From positions 66,962,001 to 67,022,000 of the forward strand of contig NW_024704743.1 in the NCBI RefSeq assembly GCF_018977255.1: DNA of 60,000 nucleotides. Reading direction: 5' to 3'. Below the pieces are notes generated by a model that was not told where the DNA came from, made no database searches, and worked only from the letters and a program-made list of their open reading frames with translations. The number at the start of each line of letters is the position of its first letter. Positions within the stretch are counted from its first letter, which is position 1. The DNA is from Callorhinchus milii. Lineage: Eukaryota. This document shows, piece after piece, positions 49,881 through 60,000 of this stretch. Both the position numbers and the translations under genes were made by a program.

Positions 49881-51274
49881 CAAAAAATAAGGATTACAAG
49901 TCACTGCTGCATCCCTGTTTGGTTAACCCCTAGCAGCTGTCTTAAGACATTAAACCAAACTCCCGTCTGCCTATTTAAGTGCTTTGAGATGCTACCCTGT
50001 GTTGAAGGGGGCTCTATAAATGTAAGTTGTTGTTATTATAGTCTTAAGATGACATATGAGTAAGGCAGATGTTCCATATAGATGTATTTAAGGGAAAGCG
50101 AGATAGGTACATGAGGGAGAAAGGAATAGGTTATGCTTGAAGGATTGGTTGAGGAAGGGCAGGAGGAGGCTCATGTGGAGCATAAACACTGGCATAGACC
50201 AGTTGGGATGAATGGCCTGTTTCTGTGCTGTATATTCTAATGTATTCTAATGTATATATAAATAACGCACATTAAAGGTAACCAATCTACTCCAGAGCGT
50301 AAAAAAAACCTTCAAAGTCATATTTCAATGTTATCTTTTACCACATGAAGCGGTATTTAATTCACATAGTATGGCATTACATACATAATAGTACAACATA
50401 AAAATTGGCCCAACTAGTCCATGCCAGTTTTATACACCATACCAACCTCCATTCTTCCCAATTCCCTTTCCTAAACCCTTCTATTTTTGCCCACACAATA
50501 TACGGTCAATTCACTATAAAGTCTATTCTGTGAAGCACTTTGAGACATCGAGAAGATGTGAAAAGCGCTATATCAAATGCAAGGATTATTATTATTATAT
50601 TATTATTATTTCCTTCTCCCTCCTGGTGCTGTTGAATATTAAATCTGCTGGCTAAAGCTTTCATAGCAATAGAAGCCTGCAGAATCTAAATATATATCAA
50701 ACTCATATTTTTTATGCAGCAATTAGTGGCACTTTTGATAACCTGAGCTTCATAACCTTTTGTGAATTGTTGCAACTAAAGGAGATTAAGGCGTTAATGC
50801 AGCAGAATCTGCTGGAGTGCGGAAGTTGCTAATGAGATGACTTTTGCGTGAGTAGCCACCATGATTCATGAGGTCCATTCTCACGAACACAGGAAAGATT
50901 GATGACCTAATTGTCATGAGCTGCAATTTCTTCCTCGTCAAATTAACAGTGTTCATATACATTTCTGGGTTTGTTCCTGATGGTTCACTGATTTTGGGCT
51001 TCCACAGTAATATTTTCTCAAACAAGAGAATATTGGTTTGTGCTTCACTGCCAATGACCAATAGAATGGCAAATGTAGAGACACTGTCCTTGGTCTAGGT
51101 GTAGGCTGAGTGTTGACCAAACTAAAAGGCATTATTTTTATATTTTAGAGCTGATTTAATATTTATGGTTAATTTTAACTAAACTATGAAGTGCACCCAT
51201 TTGAATAGTCTTTTTTAACATTCAATACCCATCAGGTTAGTTTGTTGGTTTTATGCACCTTTCCTCTTCCCCCA

Positions 51275-51625
51275 TCCTGTAGCTTGGTGCTTGGGATGCT
51301 TGCCTGGCAAGCAAGAGATCTGGGTTTGATTTGAAACCGGCAGGCAGGTTTCCTTGCTCCACTTGCCTCTGTTTGCCTGGCAGTAAGTAGGAATCCGGTT
51401 AATCAATTGGCGGATTGTTTTTCCTGGGTAATAATCCCTTAAAAAAAAGTGATGGTTTGGTCACTCAATGCATGAATCTTTATGAGACGCTGTTGTGCGC
51501 AATTGGCTGCCGCGTTTCGCCCACAAAATGTAGTCAGTTCACTTTGCAGTATATTCTGTGACGCCCTTTGGGACATCTCGAAGACGTGATAGGGCCCTAT
51601 ATCAATTGCAAGGATTATTATTATA
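51275..51625 (+). mobile_element. tRNA-derived SINE (diverged)
   Basis: Degenerate head, core and tail. Confidence 0.8.
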
Positions 51626-52379
51626 ATTATTATAGCATGCCAACAGAAAATATACTGTTCTGTCAGCAGAAAAATAGGACTACACCCATTATTCATATTC
51701 ACAAACAGGTTAATCAGCTAAGTGAAATGCTTGACTGAATTTTCTCTTCCTTAACCGGGGACAGTGGCCAATTTCTGCTATTTGCATTACGAGCTTTACA
51801 TTTATTATGCAAATACATAGCCTCTTTTAACTTTAGGAAGATGTTCCAAATCACATTTAAGTGCTTATTCATTTAAATACTGTAGTCAGGAGGCGGAACT
51901 ATAGGGAAGGTGTTCACGGGGCTTTGAACTTTGTGCACGTTGACAGCCACAACGTGCAACAAATCTGAAAAGAGGGACGGAGGCTGACACTCAACAATCA
52001 CCAGCGTGTTGGGTTTCAAGCTGGAGAAGGAGTCCTACAAGTAGAAACGCTCCCATTGCATTTGAGAAGCAATAGATCGTGCATTGACAAGTTGAGGCGG
52101 GAATGGTGCGTTCCACGATTTCACTGTTAAAACAGTTAAAACTAAAATAATATTAAAATATTAAAATAGTGAGAGAGAATCTCCTCCCCCACCCCTCGCA
52201 ATCACCACCATAAAGATTTCCTTAAACCTTCAAAAATACAGTCAATTCACTTTGCATTATATCCTATGGAAGGCTTTGAGACGTCTCCAAGACGTGATGA
52301 GGCGCTGCATCAAATACAAGGCTGACCATCATTGCAGAGCAATGTGTCCCCTGACAGACAGACCCAGAGACCACATGGT

Positions 52380-54300
52380 CACAGCCCACATCCACCCGGC
52401 GCCACCGCGCACAGCCATTGGCGGCGACGGCCAGCCAATGGGAGCGGCTGTCGCTGCGGCGGGTGGGGAGGCCTCAGTAAGGTTTGATTGGATTGGACCG
52501 CTGTCTTTTCGCGCCCGATCCCTGGAAGCCGGGCGGGCGGCGAGTGGGAGACAAAAGAGAGACACGGAGCGAGCGAGGCCGCCAGACAGTCAGTCTCTCA
52601 CGGACGGCTGTGCGTGCGCCCGGCCCAACCGGCTCCTCGCGCAGCCTCACCGCAGACCCGGTCTCGCTCGGCTCGGCTCGTTTTTAAATTTTTAAAAATA
52701 TATCTATATTTTTTTAAAAAAAAACTCGCACAAAAGTTTCGGCTCCAACTTGTCCCGGCGGCGGCGGCGGCGGCGACACGGTCTCACTCCTCGTCGGCAG
52801 GTAACAAAGCAGCCTCTCCTCCCTTTCTCTCTCCCCCCACACCCCCCCCCCCTCTCTCTCTCCCCTCCCCACCCACCCACCCCCGGGGCTTGAAAATACC
52901 CACAAACCCAGGCCCCGCCATCCAGGCTGTGACTTGCTAAGCGGTCGGCGGCTCCATTCCAGCCCCGTCAGGGCGGCTTCTCTCTCTCTCTCTCTCCACG
53001 TGGGAGCGACCTCAGAGTGCCCGCCCCTCCCCCCCCAACCCCCCCCTCTCAGTGGAGAGCGGCCCCTCTCTCTCGGGCGGCCTCTCCCTCCCTCCCGCCC
53101 GCGCCGCCCCAGCCCAGCCCAGGCTGGCGGCAGTTTGACGTTTCCCTCCCCCCCCCACCAACGGCTCGAGGCGGCGGCGCGCGGGCAGCCGACAGCCCGT
53201 GAGTCACAATGGGAATCGCGAGCCACAGGCAGACGTCACGCTGGGTGAGGGGGGGGGGGGGGGAGGGAGGGAGGGAGGGGGAGTGAGCGTCCACACCGCC
53301 GGGGGTGGGGGAGAGACATGTCACCATCCGACTCCTCACTGCCGTCAGGGAGAGAGACGGGTTTCTCTCCCCCTCCCCCCAACACCCACCCCGGGCCTCG
53401 CTGTCTCCCCCCCCACCTCTGTAGTGGGCAGCAAGAGAGACGGACCTCTCTGGTCTGACTGACTCTCTGCCTCCGTCTCTGCTGTCCTGGGGGGGGAGGC
53501 GGCGGCGGGCGGAGAGCGGAGAGCGCTGTGTGCTGACCCGCACGTCCGAGGCGAGTCCCGGGGGCTGGGATCCAGTCTCGTCTGATCGACGACCTTTTTT
53601 TTATATTGATATTTTGTGTGGCCTGCGACCTGCATCCGAGCACAGAGGAGTGACACACAAAAAAAAGTTTGAAGGTGAATCTACTCAGAAAAAAGGGGGG
53701 AGGATTCCTGTAAAATCCGTCATTGATTTAAGTTTCCCATTGATTCACTCCCCACCGGGATCTCTCTCTGTCTCTGTCTCTCTCTCTCTCTCCCCCTCTC
53801 CGCCGGTTATTTATTTGACAGCGGTTTGAATCTCGCGACGCGGACCGCGTTCGTTTTTTTTTAAAAAAAAACGGTTGGCTTTTTCTTTCTTTTTTGGGGG
53901 GGGTTTAAAAAAAATTTTTATTTTATTTTTAAAAAAACACTCAATAACGAAGTCGTAAAAATGACGAAGTTGGGGGGAGAGAGAGAGAGAGAGAGAAAAA
54001 AAAAGAGCCGCTCTTCTGGAAAGGCTGAGGGGGAAAATCCGGGCGAACAGGGCCGGATGTGATGTGATGTGATGTGAGGGTGTGGGGGGCAGCGAGTGAG
54101 TGAGTGAGTGAGTGGCGGCGGTGGGGACTGTTGTTGCGCTGTGAGTATGTACGGCACTTGTTGGTGACCCGCACGACGGGCACCGATCGGTGTAAGAGGG
54201 TCGGGTGCCGATCTCCGGGGGGGGGGGGGAGTCCAGGAGCAACTTCTCCATCGGGAGGGGAGGGGGGGGGGGGGGGCGCGAGAGTGCGGAGCGCACTGCC
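52380..54300 (+). promoter_or_regulatory. EZH2 CpG-island promoter with CCAAT boxes and an E2F site (TTTCGCGC, 52507-52514); probable non-coding exon 1 ending at donor 52800/52801
   Basis: CpG-rich island; ATTGG/CCAAT boxes at 52416-52497; E2F consensus TTTSSCGC; CAG|GTAACA donor. EZH2 is a known E2F target with a non-coding first exon. Confidence 0.7.
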
Positions 54301-54744
54301 AGAAACTGCTGATCCAGCAGAAACCACCCACATACCTCGGAGGAAGCTTTGTTGCTTACCTGATGGAAGGGAATAGGTGGCTATGTTGTGGGCTGGAGGG
54401 GTGTGAATACCAGCGCCAGTCCTGGGTCCCCGAGTGGTGTGAATTGCTGTCCGCACAGTGTCGTAGCACAGGAATTCACGCCACTTGCTTCTGTGCCATC
54501 ACCTTGTGCGTACATCAACTCGTGCCCCAGTCACCTCTCGATGCTCCGATCACCCTGCACCGCATTTCGCTACCTGCCTCCTTCACCCAGTTGGCTTGGG
54601 TCTCTCTGCACGTTCCTCGACCCCACTGCCAGTGGCCATGCTTTCAACCGCTACGCCTGAACCTCTGGAATTACATGCCTCAATCCCCCTTGCCTCCTCT
54701 TTGACCGTCCCTTTTCCCCCTGTCTTGTATATAATTCTATATAT

Positions 54745-54960
54745 TTACAAAACGCAAAATACTGCAGATGCTGGAAATCTGAAACAAAAACAGAAGTCGC
54801 TGGGAACACTCGGCAGGTCAGGCAGCATCTATGGAGAAAGGAAGGCGTGTCATCCCTCAGGTCCACGACCCTTTGTCAGAACGTACATCACTGCCGTTGA
54901 CTCACTTTCCTTTCTCCGTAGATGCTGCCTGACCTGCTGAGCGTTCCCAGCGACTTCTGA
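54745..54960. mobile_element. Foldback (inverted) Penelope-like terminal-repeat relic in EZH2 intron 1
   Basis: Arms cagaagtcgctgggaac...ggagaaaggaa and ttcctttctcc...gttcccagcgacttctg are near-perfect reverse complements over about 50 bp. Confidence 0.65.
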
Positions 54961-55117
54961 TTCTATATTTTTACTTTATTTGTAACTCAGTGGTTAATTG
55001 TACTTGGATTAAAATATTGTAAAAAAAGTGGTATAAGTGGATATTTTTCACTCATGTTTGTCTTACATATCATGTGTGCTTAGAAAAGTTGGTGTAAAGT
55101 GATGTATATCTATATTA

Positions 55118-55490
55118 GTAATCCTTGCATTTGATATAGTGCTTTTTTATGTCTTCGAGACTTCTCAAAGTGTTTCACCGAACATACTATACTGTAAGGT
55201 GAATTGACTGTATATACTGTGGGCGAAATGTGGCAGCCAATTGCACACAGCAGTGTCTCACAAACAGTCGTGGATTGAGTGACCAGTTCTTAAAATAAAT
55301 TTATTAAGGGTTTATTACCCTGGAAAAGTGATCCCTCAATCGATTAACAACTGTGTTCCGACTTCTGCAAGGTAAACAGGTGTGTGGAGTAGGGAAACTT
55401 GCCTAACATTTTGCCCTTCCCGGTAAACAAAAACCTGGGTCCTCTCGCTTGCGAGGATAGTGCTCTAACCAATACTCTACAAGACTCCAC
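55118..55490 (-). mobile_element. Full-length tRNA-derived SINE
   Basis: Reverse complement of the family consensus. Confidence 0.88.
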
Positions 55491-58400
55491 ATATCTATTA
55501 ACCTGAATAAAATGGAATTGGTGTTAAAGTTATAATTACTACTGATTTGGTTTAAAATGTAATTTGTAATGTCCAGTTACAGAAGCACAGTCAAAATTGT
55601 AAGTCTTCAATCTAAAAAGTTGAGTCTAATTCCTGATTTGAGTTAGCTGATGTCAACTGGGGCCTACTATAGCAACCTCAGTATGCTTAACTAGGAAAAT
55701 GGAAATATGAAATTAATGATCTTTAATTCTGGAATTAAAACAAGTTTGCCTTTTATTAGCATGAACAGATGTCCTGCTGCCTCTTCAATCATTTTTTTTT
55801 CTTACAGGGAAAGGACCTTTCTTCCCTTTCTCCCAACAGAATGCACCAAGACCTAATTTATTTAAATTATCTTTTATTTTTGAAAATTGATTTTATTCTT
55901 TATGACATATTTTGCAATTATTTATTCAATTCCTTAGTTTTGTATAGCCCAAGGAATGACTAAAATAGATTCTTGTGGAATGGGAACACAATATTTATTT
56001 AAATCTATTCACTCCTTGTTGACGCACGGCTTTGACTTCTTAACAGAATAACCGCACTGAACTTTGGAATCTTCACTGATTGGGAAGATGCAGAGATGAT
56101 TTAAAAGGCTCTTTGGTATTGAGCTGAAATGGAAAAGCATGATGAATCATAATGCATGATTTGCTTCAAGGGCATCGTACTACTATTTAATAGGAAAGTA
56201 ATCCTGCTTAAAGGAAAGTTATATTTCACATTTCACTTAATTTCTAATCTATTTCACAAATTGGGAAGATTTATTCAGTCAGTTCATAAAACAGATATAT
56301 AATACCAATTGCCTTTTTGCAAACCATTTTAGTAATCCAGGTGATGCACAGAATATTTACTTCAGTTTGATTAAAAAATGAAGTACATGTTGGAAATGAG
56401 AATCCATTGATTGATCAAAATTGTAATTCCATGATTATTGGAGAGATTTGTTTTTGTCAAACCTGTATGAAGTTACTTTGCTGCTAAGGGGTTAATTATT
56501 TTTAGTTTGTACCCATTCATAGATCTCTCACAAATAATGTGTGTACAGTTCTAATCACAACTGAAAGTCCAGTTGGTAATTGACTTGTATTTAGTCAGAC
56601 CATTATATATATATATATATAGTAAAATATTAATGTTAAGAGAATTTTTTCAATCATCTTTCAACTTCCAATGATGTCTCAAATGACCTTGTATAGACAT
56701 CCCCACTTGTCGGTATCGAATATCTAGATCACTGATGTAGAACAGTGGACAAAAAGTGGCCAAATGCCAATTTGCCGCTGAAACTCTTGCCCCTTTGTTA
56801 CCTCCTGAGTTGATTTCTCAAATGCACTCCTAGTTCCACCATTCCACTCCTCCAGCAAATCCAAAACTTGGGTACCGTGTCCTCAAACTCCCCATGCACA
56901 TCACCTCAGTCCTTGCTCGGCTCCATTGATTCAGTGGATGAATATCAGCACCCTCGCCTATCAATCCCTGCATGTCTACCATTTCTCTATTTTATAATAT
57001 TCTCCTTCCCTTCTCTTCTGCTCACCTCCTCCACTCAGCAAATTCAACCTTGCTCCGCGTCACCAGGTGACCGAGCATTCGGCAACTAATTCCAGCCTTC
57101 GGAACTCTCAGTCCTTCTCTGTCTTTAAATCCAGCCTAAAAATCTACCTTTTTGGCTGCACCTATGGGCATCTATGCTCATCCTCCTCCCTTGGCATCCA
57201 ACATTCTTGAACTGTGAAGTTTGCCAAGACGCTATCTTATATAAAAGGCACAAGTTGTTCTGGAAAAATCATGAACGGACTTAAAAAAAAGAGAAACCTC
57301 ATTCATTCTTTTAGTCATAATACCTAATGCAGTTTAACGTTTGATGTATCCCTCAGTTGTAGCAGGCGGCTGACATGAAATTTGCAGAGATGGCTAACAT
57401 GAAAGTGCATTTTTGCAGAAATACAGCTAATGAGATAAATGAAGATGTAGACTTCTAGTGATGGCTGTTGGGGAGTATTTTCTGATTGTGAGTTGATTGA
57501 TGGTTGAGGTAGCAATTGGAGTGTATCGATCAGCCTCAATATTATTACATTAGGGATAAGAAATCAGCTAGAAAATGCTACTGATTGTTTCCAGTAATTG
57601 CTACTGCAAGGTATTCGCAAACATGTTTCAGATTTCTATGAATGTATCATTTTTAAAAAAATCTTTGCCTTTAATTTCAGGATTGTAGTAGCACTTTGAA
57701 GAATATGGTACAAGTCATTTTCAATAGATATTTGTGTAAGTTGCAAATGTAGATATTTTGTTTTCTTGTTTTCTGATGATCAGGTAGAAGATCTGTCGAA
57801 GCTTATTGTTGTTTTACCCAACTACATAGAATGTAATCCTTATGTCTATGTGCTTTTCATATGACCGTACCAGCACAAAAAATGGTCAAGTTATTTGTGT
57901 TCATAGCTACTGACTGAAATAAAAATGCTTGGCTGGTACGAATCTGGAAGTTTAATATCTGTAGCAAAAAAGCATCCATGTACGATGCCTCAGTTTCACT
58001 GTGTATTGACACTGCTAAAATAACTTCTGTAGCCACAAATTGAAAATTAAGATTTCTCTCAAAACGGTTGTATGTATACAGCCTTTAGGGCATAAACTTT
58101 TCTTCCAATGCTTGCCATTGCTTACACTGAGTCAAGCTTTCGGCTAAGGCGAGCCTCCTGCTACTTGGCCATCTTAACCCTGGATTGATTTTCAGGGTTA
58201 TTGAGCTGAGTGGAAAGAATTCTTGCATCCAGTGACTCGTCTGCCATCCCCGCTGACAAGTCAGGGTGGCATGATGTATAATCACAATGCCTTGTATTAG
58301 TGCAGATCCACTTGAACCAGACTACCAAGGTTGTCATAGAGGAGTGACTCAATTTTAATTTTGCATTGCCAGGCACGTCAACTCAGCCCCAAGAGACTCG

Positions 58401-59113
58401 GCTTTACCTCCTGTGGAGGAGGAATCACTACGTGATTCATTGCCACATCTAACCATAGTAAAGTTTGATGATGTGGGTGGGAAAGAGAAAAGAATCATTG
58501 CCTTTGCTGTTCTTTCATCCACTTAAATGACCGCACATGAATGGAATAATTATGAACTTTTCACTTTTTTAACATATACATCAGTTTTCCACTTGGCATT
58601 ATTTTCTTAACTGGAATACCTTAATATGGTTGATGTATACGCTTACATCTGGCAGGTAAATGTTATAACATTTGGATCTAACATGCTACGGTAGAACATT
58701 GTTCTAATGTGCTTCGTTATAACATGAGTTGGGCTATAGGATGAATGTGGACTCCATTCACCACATCAGATGGTTCCACTGATGTCACTTAAGTTTGCGG
58801 TGAATGTTATCCCAGCTCTGTTATAAAGCAGGTTATAATTTTGTGGATTTAGAAAGATGATCAACATTTTTTCATAGGATTATTTATGTTGAAATTTCCC
58901 CTTCTAGATTGATTAGGTTGGGGGTAATTCAGCCCCCATCCACCCACGTTGCTTACTCTACTGTTCAACAATCTCTTCCTTTAACATTTGTAAAATTGGC
59001 ATCTTGGTCATATTTAGGGGTCATGTGTAGGTGTCATTCTTCCTATGTGTATGCATTATAATGTCTGCAAGATCAGTATGATATAGGTTAAGATAATAAT
59101 TTTTTGTATTTAA

Positions 59114-59413
<300 letters not shown>

Positions 59414-59471
59414 TAGAGGGTTTTATGATTATTTGTTTAAATAGCACTTCAATGCCACTTGGGCTTCGTTG

Positions 59472-59559
59472 GGTTTGTTGGCAGAAGGTTTAAGTCTGAA
59501 TATAAGTGCCTTTGACAGCTGAAGAGGTTTAGAGCTACTGGTGAAGGTAAAATGCTAGA
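59472..59559 (+). pseudogene. Decayed tandem copy of the 3' half of the EZH2 coding exon and its donor site
   Basis: ggtttgttggcagaag...taagtctgaatata...gacagctgaag...gtgaaggtaaaatgctaga aligns with 59323-59417. Confidence 0.85.
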
Positions 59560-59759
59560 TGTAGAAGTGTCATTAGCATTAGCATAATCATAGAACGATT
59601 TGCTTTTTCAGAACAATAGAGGAAGGTGCTCTTTCCTTCAAATTTGTAATCAAATCAGATCTTTGCTTGTTGTTGGCTCGGGAACAGGAGGGCTGATCAG
59701 TAAAGACGGTATGCTTTCATAACATTAGGCAGCTAGTGGCTGGACAGCTGGTACTCGTG

Positions 59760-60000
59760 TACTCTGCAGCTTGTGTCCTCTCCCACACCAGGCTCCGTGA
59801 CTGTCATCCCTACCCTTGCCCGGCTCCACTGGCTCCCCATCCCCCAGAGGTTGTAGTTCAAATTCCTCGTTCTCGCCTTCAAGGCCCTTCACAGTCTTGC
59901 TCCTTCCTACCTCTGTGACCTGCTAACCCCATATAAACCTGTCCACTCCCTTCGCTCATCAGGCTGTGGACTGCACCACGTCCCCTGCCAGGCCTGGCCC
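59760..60000 (+). mobile_element. L2 LINE 3' fragment
   Basis: Matches the other L2 copies (ggctccactggctccccatcccccagagg...). Confidence 0.85.

Noticed and set aside
38150..52400. Additional Y RNA paralogues expected from the tetrapod cluster
   Set aside because: A visual scan found no second GG(C/T)(C/T)GGTCCGA...TTGAC motif on either strand. A covariance-model search is needed to be sure.
52252..54456. Numerous GC-rich ORFs
   Set aside because: They reflect stop-poor CpG-island sequence of the EZH2 promoter and intron 1, with no recognisable protein.

Overview
This is vertebrate genomic DNA. The tRNA-SINE, L2 and CR1 repeat landscape suggests a cartilaginous fish, probably a chimaera or elephant-shark type, though that is inferred. 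Four genes can be read directly. (1) The 5' part of a RAMP3-like receptor activity-modifying protein gene lies on the minus strand (three exons at 981-3333; the last exon is off-window). (2) A complete 10-exon PDIA4/ERp72 gene lies on the plus strand (24815-38150, 644 aa, three CGHC thioredoxin sites, C-terminal KDEL), with ERSE-like promoter elements and a ~3.9 kb minisatellite against the promoter. (3) A single Y RNA gene lies on the minus strand (44431-44542) with a full type-3 Pol III promoter (SPH, PSE, TATA), in the PDIA4-EZH2 interval where the tetrapod Y RNA cluster sits. (4) The EZH2 CpG-island promoter and first coding exon follow (59288-59404). The most notable observations are the mosaic, ancestral-looking Y RNA; a ~1 kb near-identical copy of PDIA4 exon 9 inserted into a CR1 element with a templated-insertion junction; a decayed tandem copy of the EZH2 exon; a 30-nt micro-exon in the RAMP gene; Penelope-type hammerhead and foldback relics; and an unidentified ~480 bp dispersed repeat with a conserved hairpin. 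I found no convincing wholly new multi-gene system.
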